A DNA stretch of 64,000 nt from Mobula hypostoma (lineage: Eukaryota), in NCBI RefSeq assembly GCF_963921235.1, contig NC_086097.1, positions 135,534,001-135,598,000 of the forward strand, given 5' to 3'. Below the pieces are notes generated by a model that searched no databases, was not told where the DNA came from, and saw nothing but the letters and a program-made list of their open reading frames with translations. Below, in pieces: positions 50,560 to 63,364 of this stretch (positions within the stretch are counted from its first letter, which is position 1; every line of letters starts with the position of its first letter). A program made the position numbers and the translations under genes.

Positions 50560-53500
50560 TAACATCATCATAGCCAGATTACAAACCCAGCACCCGAGTG
50601 CCCTCATTACCATCTTGGGTGACTTCAACCAGGTTACCATGGCTAGAACACTGCCCAACTTCACGCAGTATGTGAGCTGTACAACCAGAGGGGAGAGGAC
50701 TCTGGATTTGATGTACGCTAACGTTAAGGATGCATACAGCTTCTCTCCCCTCCCCCCACTGGGAGGGTCAGATCACAACTTGGTGCGTCTAAAACCCTGC
50801 TACGTGCCTTGGGTGAAGAGAAAACCTGCAACCTCGAGGACAGTGAGGAAATGGTCGGAGGAGGCTTATGAGGCGCTCCAGGGTTGTTTTGAGGTGACAG
50901 ACTGGCAGGCACTCTGTGAGCCACATGGAGAGGATATTGATGGGCTCACAGAGTGCATCACTGATTACATCAACTTCTGTGTGGACTGCAATGTTCCAAC
51001 AAGAACTGTCCTTTGTTATTCAAATAACAAGCCATAGGTGACCATGGACATTAAGGACATCCTGAATGCTAAAAAGAGGGCGTTTAGAGATAGAAATAGG
51101 GATGAGCTGAGGTCAATACAGAGGGACCTGAAAGCCAGGATCAGGGAGGCTAAAGACAGGTACAGGAGGAAGCTTGAGTGAAAACTCCAGCAGAACAACA
51201 TGAGAGAGGTCTGGAGGGGGATGAGGACCATCACTGGGTTCCGGCAAACTAGCAACAGAGGAGCTGAAGGCAGTGTGGACAGGGCCAATGAACTTAACCT
51301 GTTCTTTAACAGATTTGACATTGTGGCCCCTGTCTATCCCACACATGAGCCATCTCTTGTCGGCCCCCAACCAACACATATTCCACTCTCCCCTCCTAAC
51401 CCTCCTCACAGTCCCCCACCCTGCTCTCATGACTATACCCCTTCCCCACACGAAACCACCACGGTGGGCTTCACAGCTGAACAGGAGAGAAGACAGCTGA
51501 AACATCTCAACCCAAGCAAGGCTGCAGGACCAGATTGTGTCAGTACCAGGGTGCTCAAAGCCTGTGCCCCTCAGCTATGTGGAGTACTTCGCCATGTATT
51601 CAACCTGAGCCCGAGGCTCTGGAGGGTTCCTGTACTGTGGAAGACGTCCTGCCTCGTCCCTGTGCCGAAGACGCCGTGCCCCAGCGGCCTCAATGACTAC
51701 AGACCGGTGGCATTGACCTCCCACATCATGAAGACCCTGGAGAGACTTGTTCTGGAGCTGCTCCGGCCTACGGTCAGGCCACACTTAGACCCCCTCCAGT
51801 TCGCCTACCAGCCCCAACTAGGATTTGAGGATGCCATCGTCTACCTGCTGAACCGTGTCTACGCCCACCTGGACAAGCCAGCGAGCACTGTGAGGGTCAT
51901 GTTTTCTGACTTCTCCAGTGCGTTCAACACCATCCGCCCTGCTCTGCTGGGGGAGAAGCTGACAGCGATGCAGGTGGATGCTTCCCTGGTATCATGGATT
52001 CTTGATTACCTGACTGGCAGACCACAGTACGTGTGCTTGCAACACTGTGTGTCAGACAGAGTGATCAGCAGCACTGGGGCTCCACAGGGGACTGTCTTGT
52101 CTCCCTTTCTCTTCACCATTTACACCTCGGACTTCAACTACTGCACAGAGTCTTGTCATCTTCAGGAGTTTTCGGATGACTCTGCCATAGTTGGATGCAT
52201 CAGCAAGGGAGATGAGGCTGAGTACAGGGCTACGGTAGGAAACTTTGTCACATGGTGTGAGCAGAATTATCTGCAGCTTAATGTGAAAAAGTCTAAGGAG
52301 CTGGTGGTAGACCTGAGGAGAGCTAAGGTACCGGTGACCCCTGTTTCCATCCAGGGGGTCAGTGTGGACATGGTGGAGGATTACAAATACCTGGGGATAC
52401 GAATTGACAATAAGCTGGACTGGTCAAAGAACACTGAGGCTGTCTACAAGAAGGGTCAGAGCCGTCACTATTTCCTGAGGAGACTGAGGTCCTTTAACAT
52501 CTGCCGGAAGATGCTGAGGATGTTCTACGAGTCTGTGGTGGCCAGTGCTATCATGTTTGCTGTTGTGTGCTGGGGCAGCAGGCTGAGGGTAGCAGACACC
52601 AACAGAATCAACAAACTCATTCATAAGGAGGGTAAAAGGAGGGAGAGAGAGAAACCGGGGAATTATAGACCGGTTAGCCTAACGTCGGTAGTGGGAAAAC
52701 TGCTGGAGTCAGTTATCAAAGATGTGATAACAGCACATTTGGAAAGCGGTGAAATCATCGGACAAAGTCAGCATGGATTTGTGAAAGGAAAATCATGTAT
52801 GACGAATCTCATAGAATTTTTTGAGGATGTAACTAGTAGAGTGGATAGGGGAGAACCAGTGGATGTGGTATATTTGGATTTTCAAAAGGCTTTTGACAAG
52901 GTCCCACACAGGAGATTAGTGTGCAAACGTAAAGCACACGGTATTGGGGGTAAGGTATTGATGTGGATAGAGAATTGGTTAGCAGACAGGAAGCAAAGAG
53001 TGGGAATAAATGGGACCTTTTCAGAATAGCAGGCAGTCACTAGTGGGGTACCGCAAGGCTCAGTGCTGGGACCCCAGTTGTTTACAATACATATTAATGA
53101 CTTGGACGAGGGAATTAAATGCAGCATCTCCAAGTTTGCGGATGACACGAAGCTGGGCGGCAGTGTTAGCTGTGAGGAGGATGCTAAGAGGATGCAGGGT
53201 GACTTGGATAGGTTAGGTGAGTGGGCAAATTCATGGCAGATGCAATTTAATGTGGATAAATGTGAAGTTATCCACTTTGGCAAAAATAGGAAAACAGATT
53301 ATTATCTGAATGGTAGCTGATTAGGAAAAGGGGAGGTGCAACGAGACCTGGGTGTCATTATACACCAGTCATTGAAAGTGGGCATGCAGGTACAGCAGGC
53401 GGTGAAAAAGGCGAATGGTATGCTGGCATTTATAGCAAGAGGATTCGAGTACAGGAGCAGGGAGGTACTACTGCAGTTGTACAAGGCCTTGGTGAGACCA

Positions 53501-54477
53501 CACCTGGAGTATTGTGTGCAGTTTTGGTCCCCTAATCTGAGGAAAGACATCCTTGCCATAGAGGGAGTACAAAGAAGGTTCACCAGATTGATTCCTGGGA
53601 TGGCAGGACTTTCATATGAAGAAAGACTGGATGAACTAGGCTTGTACTCGTTGGAATTTAGAAGATTGAGGGGGGATCTGATTGAAACGTATAAAATCCT
53701 AAAGGGATTGGACAGGCTAGATGCAGGAAGATTGTTCCCGATGTTGGGGAAGTCCAGAACGAGGGGTCACAGTTTGAGGATAAGGGGGAAGCCTTTTAGG
53801 ACCGAGATTAGGAAAAACTACTTCACACAGAGAGTGGTGAATCTGTGGAATTCTCTGCCACCGGAAACTGTTGAGGCCAGTTCATTGGCTATATTTAAGA
53901 GGGAGTTAGATATGGCCCTTGTGGCTACGGGGATCAGGGGGAGGGAAGGCTGGTGCAGGGTTCTGAGTTGGATGATCAGCCATGATCATAATAAATGGCG
54001 GTGCAGGCTCGAAGGGCCGAATGGCCTACTCCTGCACCTATTTTCTATGCTTCTATGTTTTAAGGCCAGTGATGTTGTGGGGATGGAACTGAACTCTCTC
54101 ATGGTGGTGTCTGAAAAGAGGATGCTGTCTAAGTTGCATGCCATCTTGGACAATGTTTCCCATCCACTACATAATGTACTGGGTGGGCACAGGAGTACAT
54201 TCAGCCAGAGACTCATTCCACTGAGATGCAGCACAGAGCGTCATAGGAAGTCATTCCTGCCTGTGGCCATCAAACTTCACAACTCCTCCCTTGAAGGGTC
54301 AGACATTCTGAGCCAATAGGCTGGTCCTAGACTTATTTCATAATTTACTGGCATAATTTACATATTACAATTTCACTATTTATGGTTCTATTACTATTTA
54401 TTATTTATGGTGCAATTGTAACGAAAACCAATTTCCCCTGGGATCAATAAAGTATGACTATGACTATGACTATGACT
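50560..54477 (+). mobile_element. Young Rex1/Babar-type LINE (APE C-half, RT, C-terminus, tail) with nested CR1
   Basis: GDFN, TLDLMY and SDHNLV (APE); KAAGPD, YRPVALT, DFSSAFNTI, GAPQGTVLSP, FSDD; C-terminus RKSFLPVAIKL; AATAAA and a (tatgac)4 tail. Confidence 0.95.
52629..54060 (+). mobile_element. Young 5'-truncated CR1 inserted in the Rex1 element
   Basis: NYRPVSLTS, QHGFVKGKSC, YLDFQKAFDKVPH, FADD, FTQRVVNLWNSLP; taagg duplicated at 52624-52628 and 54061-54065. Confidence 0.95.
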
Positions 54478-54479
54478 GT

Positions 54480-54855
54480 TTGGCCCTTATTCCTCTAACC
54501 CTTTCTTATCCATGTACCCGTTCAAGCGTCTTTTAAATGATGTTAATGTATGTACTTTACCCACTTCCTTTGGCAGGTCATTCCCAAATCTGACCACCTC
54601 TTTGGGTGAAAAAGTTGCCTCCCAGTTTCCTATTAAATCTTGCCCATCTCACCCTCTAGTTCTTGGTTCCCCTCATGATTTTATACACCTCTGTAAAAAC
54701 ACCCCTTATTCTCTTATGCTGTAATGAATGAAGTCCTAGCAACAATTTTGGAAATCTCCCCTGCACTCTTTCTTGTTTAATGATGTCTTTCGTATAGCGC
54801 GGAGACCAAAACTGGAGAAAACACTACAAATAAAACCTTACCAATGTCTTGTATG
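54480..54855 (-). mobile_element. CR1 3' fragment
   Basis: Reverse complement matches the CR1 C-terminus (FWSP.Y.KD.IK, NFFTQR.VV.. KRRL). Confidence 0.65.
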
Positions 54856-55977
54856 CGATGTTCCGCTTGAGACCATGTGAGTTTCCTCCCTCACCCAAGG
54901 CACGTGTAGACTGGGCGGTTAATTGCCCATCTGAATTGCCCCTGGCCTGTAGGCGAGTGGCAGGATCAGGTGGCGGGCGGGGGGTAAGAGCGAAAAAAAA
55001 GGGATTAAAGGTGTAAATAAATGGTGGTTGAAGGTCAATGTCGCATTGTGGACCAAAGGGTCTGTTCCTGTGCTGTTTTTCTCTGTGACCCTGACCCTGA
55101 GCATCAGCCAGAGATTTTGGTGAAGTGCTTTCTCTTCAACCTAAAAATTCCCGAGCATACGAGGGAAAGGACTTTTCTTGGCTTTGAAAGCACCAATTTT
55201 AATAATGCATTTGTGAAATCCACTGATTAAGACTTCAATATGTGATCTGTGTTTGTTTAGCATTCGGATTCAACCATTTGTCATCTGCGTAATGCTTCAT
55301 TAAGGAGGAGGAAACCCTTGGCAGACCTAATTTTCCTTTGTGTATCTATGCTGTGAATGCTGTTTCTACCTGTTGTTTAAAGAGGATGTCGAGTACTCTC
55401 CATCTGGACCACCTCAGAGTCGGAGCTGTTAAAAAGCAGCCAATTAATTAATTCAGACACCCTAGACCCTCACACTTTATAGGTAAACTAATCACCAGAT
55501 GGGAAAGGGGATTCTTGTTACTCGATGCTCTTGGGTCACGTTTCCCAAGTTTTCTCTGAGAAAACAGTTGTCCCACCTTTATAATTGTAATAACAACTTG
55601 TCTGGAATTCAGCGCCTCTTTGCAGTTCCAGAATCATGTCAAAGGCCAGGAATAATTAAACGCTAAACTTAATAAATCTTTTTTTTTAAAGTCCTTGTTA
55701 TCTTCCATCCCCTGATTCCTGGGCACTTTGGTTACTGACTAAAATTTGGTTCTGTGCACAGATACGAGTTATCAGGTGTAATCATCTAAGTGGATGCATA
55801 CAATTGACAGGGAAAGCCTGGCAGTTGTTCGGCTTGGGAACGTTGTTGCCATGGTAGGCTTTGTACTTTGCACACGTTCACACATTTCCATATATTTCCA
55901 AATGCAGATGAAAACATCCACGCACTGTCATCCACACAGACATGAGGCATATGCCCATACACTGAGAAATACTCCAT

Positions 55978-56852
55978 GTACACACACACACACACACACA
56001 TGCGCACACGCACACACACGCACACAGATGCACACATACACACACACACACGCACACACGCACACACGCGCACACACACACGCACACAGATGCACACATA
56101 TACACACACACACACGCACACACACGCGCACACGCACACACACACGTGCACACGCACACACACGCACACGCGCACACGCATACACACGCACACAGATGCA
56201 CACACACACACACACATGCACACACACACGTGCACACGCACACACGCACACGCGCACACGCACACACACGCACACAGATGCACACATACACACACACACG
56301 CACACAGATGCATACACATACACACACACACACACGCACACAAACAATGCGAACACACCAATGCACACATGCATGCATGCACATATATGTGTACATATAC
56401 ACCCACGCAAATACATATGTATACACACACAAACTTGCACAAACTCGCGGCATACCACATAAACATGCACAGACATATACATAGGCACAAATACACCCAC
56501 ACACACAAACACAAATGTATGCACACACATTATCATACATATATGTACCCACACACACACGTATAATTTGTCAACACTACCATGCAGTGTGAAACATGTA
56601 TACACATACACACACATACTGCCAACACCATACGAAGAGTGTGAAGCATGTATAAATATATATATAATGTATAATCTGCCAACACTACCACACAATCAAT
56701 GTGAAACATGTACACACACACACACTAGTACCACAGAAACAGCGTGAAGCAAACACACACATGACTGCATGCACTGCCAATATTACAACACAAACCATAC
56801 AATCACACTGATATATACACATGCACACTGCCAACACAACCATACAGTGTCT

Positions 56853-56886
<34 letters not shown>

Positions 56887-56890
56887 ACAC
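55978..56890. repeat. Complex (CA)n / (CACG) / (CATA) microsatellite region
   Basis: Alternating purine-pyrimidine repeat with recurring cacacagatgcacac subunits; source of the spurious HT- and CV-rich ORFs. Confidence 0.95.
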
Positions 56891-57875
56891 AAACTCTTTT
56901 AGACTCTATGCCACATTGGTTCCACCTCCCCTCCAGTGCTGGATGATGCTCAACAGGGATATCTGGCATTTTTCTTTCCTTCTCTATGGAATTAAGTCAT
57001 TAGATTTAGTCTTTAGGAGATAAGCATACTGAAGGTTAAGACAAGTTGCACTGCATTGTGCGTTTTAACACGAGCTGGATTCAGGCAGATACTGCCCCTG
57101 CAGTCCCAGATTCACAGCGAGCAGACTAAACCCCAGTCTTGCTGGAGATACACACACAGGATCTGGTCTTTCACAAACCATGGCTGATGGTTTACCTCAG
57201 CCCCAGTTCCCAGCATGAGCCACCAAGATAGACATGCTGAGTGGTTGAGCACTTGGGTGGAGAATTCCAAAGAACCACCACTCTCTGGATGTAGAAATCT
57301 TTAATCATCCCCATACTGATGATAAGTACTGCCCCCCTCCGTCTTGAGACTGTGACCCATGATTATGAGCAATGTGGTGACTGCTTGAGGATCTGCATTG
57401 AGCAATGTTTGAGCAATGATTACCTGGGCAGTTAAATTGCTGTCACACCCAGCAACACTTTGTGTGCTGCATCCCCTTTTGTATTCAATAACAATCCCAA
57501 GCCAGAAGTAGAATTTCAATGTAATTCATAGTCAATTAGATTATCTGGAATTCTTTTAAAGAAGTATTGTCTCAATAATGGTGACAATTGAACTATCAGA
57601 TTCTTACTTCCTCAGAAGACTAGGGAAATTTGGCATGCCCCTGATGACCTTCACTGATTTTTACAGATGCACCATAGAACACGTCCATTCTGGATGCATT
57701 ACAGCTTGGTCTGTTGAAGACCACAAGAAATTGCAGAGGATTGCGAATGTACCCATCCATCATGCAAACCAGCCTCCCCTTCAATGATTTTATCTACATT
57801 TCCCGCTGCCTTGGTGGGGGGGGGGGTGGTCAGCCAAACATGATCAAAAAAGCCTCCCTCCACGGTCATTCTCTC

Positions 57876-59488
57876 AACACAAAATACTCTGCAGATGCTG
57901 GGGTCAAAGCAACACTCACAACACACTGGAGGAACAAGCGTGTAGCTTGTTTTCAGACGAAGGGTGTAGCTATGGGCACCTGCATGGGCCCCAGCTATGC
58001 CTGCCTCTTCGTTGGTTATGTGGAACAGTCTGTGCTCCAGACCTATTCTGGTACTGCTCCCCAACTTTTCCTTTGCTACATTGACGACTACATTGGTGCT
58101 GATTCTTGCACCCATGCTGAGCTCATCAATTTCATCAACTTTACTTCAAACTTCCACCCAGCCCTCAATTTCACATGGTCTGTCTCGGACACTTCTCTCC
58201 CCTTTCTCGATCTCTCAGTCTCCATCTCTGGAGAAAGACTTTCCACTGACATCTTCTACAGGCCCAATGACTCTTATAACTACCTCAACTATACCTCTTC
58301 CCACCCTGCCACATGCAAAAATGCCACTCCCTATTCCCAGTTCCTCCGTCTCCGCCGCATCTGCTCCCAGGATGAGGCTTCCGTTCCAGGACATCTCAAA
58401 TGTCCTCTTTCTTTAAGGATCGTGGTTTCCCTTCTGCTGTCATCAATGATACCCTCACCCGCATCTCCTCCATGTCCCGCACTTCGGCCCTCACCCCATC
58501 CTCCCACCACTCCAACAGGGAAAGAGTTCCCCTTGTCCTCGCCTACCACCCCACCAGCCTCTGGATCCAGCACGTTATCCTCCGCAACTTCCGCCACCTT
58601 CAACAGGACCCCACAACTAAGCACATCTTTCCCTCTCCACCCTTCTCCGCTTTCCGCAGGGATCGGTCCCTCCGTGACTCCCTGATCCACACGTCCCTCC
58701 CCACGGATCTCCCACCCGGCACTTATCCCTGTAAGCGTAAGTGCTACACCTGTCCCTACACCTCCTCTCTTGCCACCATTCAGGGCCCCAAACAGTCCTT
58801 TCAGGTGAGGCAACACTTCACTTGTGAGTCTGTTGGGGTCATCTATTGCATCCGGTGCTCCCAGTGCGGCCTCCTTTACATCGGTGAAACCCGACGCAGA
58901 TTGGCGGACCGCTTTGTTGAGCACCTCCACTCGGTCCGCCACAACAGACAGGATCTCCCAGTTGCCACCCACTTCAACTCTGCTTCACATTGCCACTTGG
59001 ATATGTCCATACATGGCCTCCTCTACTGCCATGATGAGGCTAAACTCAGGTTGGAGGAGCAACACCTCATATACCGTCTAGGTAGTCTCCAGCCCCTTGC
59101 TATGAACATAGAATCCTCCAACTTCTGGAGATTCTCTCCCCCTCCCTTCCCCTATCCCTATGTCACTCTGCCCCCTCCACCAGCTGCCTATCACCTCCCC
59201 TATGGTTCCGCCTCCTTCTCCTTCATTGTGTTTCCCCCTATTCCTTCTTCACCTTTCCTGCCTATCACCTCCCTGCTTCCCCTCCCTCACCCCTGTATCT
59301 TTCCCCTTACTGGTTTTTCACCCGGAACCTACCAGCCTTCTCCTTCCCACCCTCCCCCCACCTTCTTTATAGGGCATTTGCCCCTTCCCTCTTCAGTCCT
59401 GGTGAAGGGTTCCGGCCCGAAACGTTAACTGATCATTTCCACGGATGCTGCCCGACCTGCTGAGTTCCTCCAGCATGTTGTGAGTGAT
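57876..59488 (+). mobile_element. Penelope-like element (RT + GIY-YIG), 5'-truncated, one frameshift
   Basis: QTKGVAMG..PSYACLF, YIDD, LPFLD (ORF 57714); VIYCIRC..LLYIGET.R.L..RF.EH (ORF 58400); inverted pLTR piece at 57876-57934; 12-bp TSD ggtcattctctc (57864-57875 / 59489-59500). Confidence 0.95.
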
Positions 59489-59581
59489 GGTCATTCTCTC
59501 TGCTCCCTATTCCATGAGCAGAATTTATAAAGGCTTGAATATCTGTACTACCAGGCTCGAGGACAGTTTCTATCCCACTGT

Positions 59582-59768
59582 TAGAAACCATAGAAACCAT
59601 AGAAAAACTACAGCACATAACAGGCCTTTTGGCCCTTCTTGGCTGTGCCGAACCATTTTCTGCCTAGTCCCACTGACCTGCACACGGACCCTATCCCTCC
59701 ATGCACCTCCCATCCATGATAGAAACCATAGAAAAACTACAGCACAGAAACAGGCCTTTTGGCCCTTC
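59582..59768 (-). mobile_element. Two tandem CR1 3' tails
   Basis: tagaaaccatagaaaaactacagcac..caggccttttggcccttc occurs twice (about 59590 and 59720). Confidence 0.75.
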
Positions 59769-60034
59769 ATTGAACAGATCTCTTATTCAATAAAGATGAA
59801 CTTCAGATCTCTTCTCAGTCTACCTTATCATGGCTCATACACATTATTTCTTTGCCTGCACTGCATTTCCTCTGTAACTGCGACGCAATATTCTGTATCT
59901 TTTTTCTTTTGTATTACTTTGTTTTACTTATGCATGAAATGAACTGTCTGAATGGCACACAAACAAAAAAATGCTGTATTTCAGTACATCTGACAATCAT
60001 AAACATATTACCAATTAAAAGACACATACTCTTC

Positions 60035-60786
60035 ACAGGAAGAGAGGAAGCACAACGAGATCTAGATGTTCTTGTACATCTGTCACTGAAAGCAAGCATG
60101 CAAGTACAGCAGGCAGTGAAGAAAGCTAATGGCATGCTGGCCTTCATAACAAGGGGAATTGAGTACAAGAGCAAAGAGGTCCTTCTGCAGCTGTACAGGG
60201 CCCTGGTGAGACCACACCTGGAGTACTGTGTGCAGTTTTGGTCTCCAAATTTGAGGAAGGACATTCTTGCTATTGAGGGAGTGCAGCGTAGGTTCACAAG
60301 GTTAATTCCCGGGATGGTGGGACTGTTATATGTTGAAAGATTGGAGCGACTGGGCTTGTATACTCTGGAATTTAGAAGGCTGAGCGGGGGATCTTATTGA
60401 AACATATAAGATTATTAAGGGATTGGACACGCTGCAGGCAGGAAGCATGTTCCCGATGTTGGGGGAGTCCAGAACCAGAGGCCACAGTTTAAGAATAAGG
60501 GGTAGGCCATTTGGAACGGAGCTGAGGAAAAACTTTTTCACCCAGAGAGTGGTGGATATATGGAATGCTCTGCCCCAGAAGGCTGTGGAGGCCAAGTCTC
60601 TGGATGCTTTCAAGAAAAAGATGGATAGAGCTCTTAAAGATAGTGGAATCAAAAGTTATGGGGATAAGGCAGGAACTGGATACTGATTGTGGATGATCAG
60701 CCATGATCACAGTGAATGGCAGTGCTGGCTCGAAGGGCCGAATGGCCTACTCCTGCACCTATTGTCTATTGTCTATTGTCTATTGT
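60035..60786 (+). mobile_element. Young CR1 3' fragment
   Basis: VRPHLEYCVQFWSP, VQRRFTRLIPG, FFTQRVVDIWNALP; (tattgtc)n tail. Confidence 0.93.
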
Positions 60787-61349
60787 AAGTAAGTCCACAG
60801 CCATTGTAAATGCTCTCGAGGAGATGACTACAATCTAGGATCTATCCACCACTGGGCAATGCGGGCTGGAACCCATGTGTAGAAATCCCTCAGACATCGC
60901 TCATGGAATGTACGTGAAAGAAAACCTGACACTATGTAGATTTAATATAACAAATGGAATAATTTTGGACTCTGAATGTCAATGTGTGAACAAAATATGT
61001 TATGTACTTTTACATTTTATAAGTAAAGAACTTCTTTGTTGGCAAAGAGTAAAGGCAGCTCACTGTCACTTTCTGAAGGACAATCAGGAATGGGCAACAG
61101 AAGCAACAGGTGTTAATGATAACTTTTCTCCCCACAGATGATATTTGACTGGCTGAGTTCCTCCAGTATTCTGCTTTATGTGGCAAGAAGCGTCTGGCTC
61201 GGTCTAAAGAGACTGTTGCTGGTCTAGAAAATAAGCTGTTAATGATGAAACTTAATAGTGTAGTCAAAGTCAAAGTTAACTTTGAGTTTATTGTCATATG
61301 TACAGGTACATGTATGCAGAGGTGACACACTTATTTTCATCATCATCAC

Positions 61350-61845
61350 AGTCCAGAGGAGATTCATGAGAATGATCCCAGGAATGAAAGGTTTAACATA
61401 TGAAGAGTGTTTGATAGCTCTGTACTTGCTGGAGTTTAGAAGAATGGAGGGGGGGGGCGGTTCTCATTGCAACCTATTGAATACGAAAAGGTCTGAATAA
61501 AGTGGATGTGGAGAGGATATTCCTGTAGTGGGGGGAGTCTAGAACCAAAGGGCACAGCCTTGGGATTGAGAGATGTCCATTTAGAACAGAGATGAGGAAG
61601 AATTTCTTTAGCCAGACGGTGGCAAATCATGTGGAATTCATTGCCATAGATGGTGTGCAGGTCCAGCCATTGGGTATATTTAAGGTGAGGTTTGATAGGT
61701 TCTTGATTAATCAGGACATCAAAAGTTATGGGGAGAAGGCAGGAGAATGGGATTGAGAGTGATAATAAATCAGCCATGATGGAATGGCAGAGCAGACTTG
61801 AAGGTCTGAGTGGCTTAATTCTGCTCCTATGTCTTATGTTCTTAT
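61350..61845 (+). mobile_element. CR1 3' fragment
   Basis: VQRRFMRMIPGMKGLTYEE; tail ctgctcctatgtcttatgttcttat. Confidence 0.88.
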
Positions 61846-62044
61846 AGAAGATGTGACAACAATAAATTAATTTACCAAATGACTCCACTGGTTGAATACA
61901 TTTTATGCATATGTTAGCTAAAATTCATTGGTTTTGTGGAGTCAATCTGAGATACAGAAATTACTTTGAATTAAACTAGCAAAGACATGTAGGTCAGTGG
62001 GTTAATTAGCTGCTGTAAATTACCTTTAACGTAGGTACAATCCG

Positions 62045-62545
62045 AATCAGGTAATAATAATCCTGGTATATGTTGTGAAATTGGTTGATTATGCAGCAGC
62101 ATTGCAAAGTAATACATAATAATAGAGAAAAAGTGAATTACAGTAAGTATATATATAAAATAGTTAAATTAAATAAGAAGTGCAAAAATAGAAATAAAAA
62201 AAAGTAGTGAGGTAGTGTTCATGGGTTCAGTGTCCATTTAGAAATCGGATGGCAGAGGGAAAGAAGCTGTTCCTGAATCACTGAGTGTGTGCCTTCAGGC
62301 TCCTGTACCTCCTCCCTGATCGTAACAATGAGAAGAGGACATGTCTTATTGGTGATGGGGGTCTTTAATGATGGATGCCGCCTTTTTGAGGTACTGCTCC
62401 TTGAAGATGTCTTGGATACTATGGAGGCTAGTGCTCATGATGGAGCTGACTAATTTTACAACTTTCTGCAGCTGACTTCGATCTTGTGCAGTAGCCACCA
62501 CCCCCTCCCCCCGCCATACCAGACAGTGACGCAGCCAGTTAGAAT
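62045..62545 (-). mobile_element. Rex1/Babar-type LINE 3' end
   Basis: Reverse complement of the 34380-34840 family. Confidence 0.85.
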
Positions 62546-63364
62546 GCAGTTAGAAAGTTTTGAATCTGGGATGAAGAAAATGTGGGAGAAAATTCATTAA
62601 AAAAAAACGCGAAGTTAGTGAAGGATTATTGTGAGTGGGTGTTTGATGTTTCGCCTGCTTCCATGATGTGTGACTCTATGACCAAATCAGAACTCCAGCC
62701 AGAGTAAAGGTTTACTCAAGAGTGCCACTGCCTGAAGGAAATGGGACCACCCAAGTGAAACCTGGGATTAGCTCTTTCTGTTGTTGTAGGCCTCCTTGTC
62801 ACAGAGATCAAAATATGAAAGGTTTTTGAAATGATCGCACAAACAAAGCAATTGATTTTAGACTGTGAAAGGGTTTAATTGGTGTTAACATTCTAAGCTG
62901 TTTAGGTCTCACACAAAGGCTGCTTAATCAGTCCAAACAAACATTGGTTCTCCAGAGGTAAAGTAATCCAAATGGAGATCGAGGCAGCTCTTTGGCTGAA
63001 TTGTCCCTGAGAACCAAGGTCCCATACATAGACTCAACAAGAGCATTATGGAGTGTATTAAATGGAGTGAATAATGTAAAACGATGCCCACATTGTAACC
63101 AAAGAAGAACCTTGCTGATCTGACTGTGGTTTGATGGCTGAACTGCCAACTTCAACAATGCTTTTGCATTTAGAGTCTGTTTCTCAGCTTTGGGTCTCTG
63201 GATGCATGGATTCACCACCACAGATTCCTGCTTTAGCTAAATATATTTAGCTAATACTCCAAGGTAAAAAGGAAAGGCTCAAATATCCATCTGAAAGCAT
63301 GAACCGCATTACTGTACAGATGATAATAATTCTTGAAAAGTGTTGAGAATTTATTTATCTTTTT

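Larger units (their letters stand above)
57600..60015 (+). mobile_element. Rex1-type LINE 3' end, interrupted by Penelope and two CR1 tails
   Basis: YFLRRLGKFGM..FYRCTIE before the Penelope; YKGLNICTTRLEDSFYP after it; tail through about 60015. Confidence 0.75.

Noticed and set aside
51200..53029. 609-aa ORF as a host gene
   Set aside because: It is Rex1 RT fused to a nested CR1 RT fragment.
55786..56695. Long ORFs of 196-255 aa on both strands (CV- or HT-rich)
   Set aside because: Translations of the (CA)n satellite, which lacks stop codons.
57195..57300. Possible minus-strand exon
   Set aside because: Reads FYIQRVVVLWNSPP, an old CR1 remnant.
59395..59431. Active hammerhead in the long Penelope copy
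   Set aside because: The core reads CUGGUGA (A6 changed) and stem I has a mismatch next to the core; probably inactive.
60875..61141. ORF starting CRNPSDIAHG, resembling a sushi/CCP domain start
   Set aside because: The remaining Cys/Trp spacing does not fit and there are no supporting splice sites.
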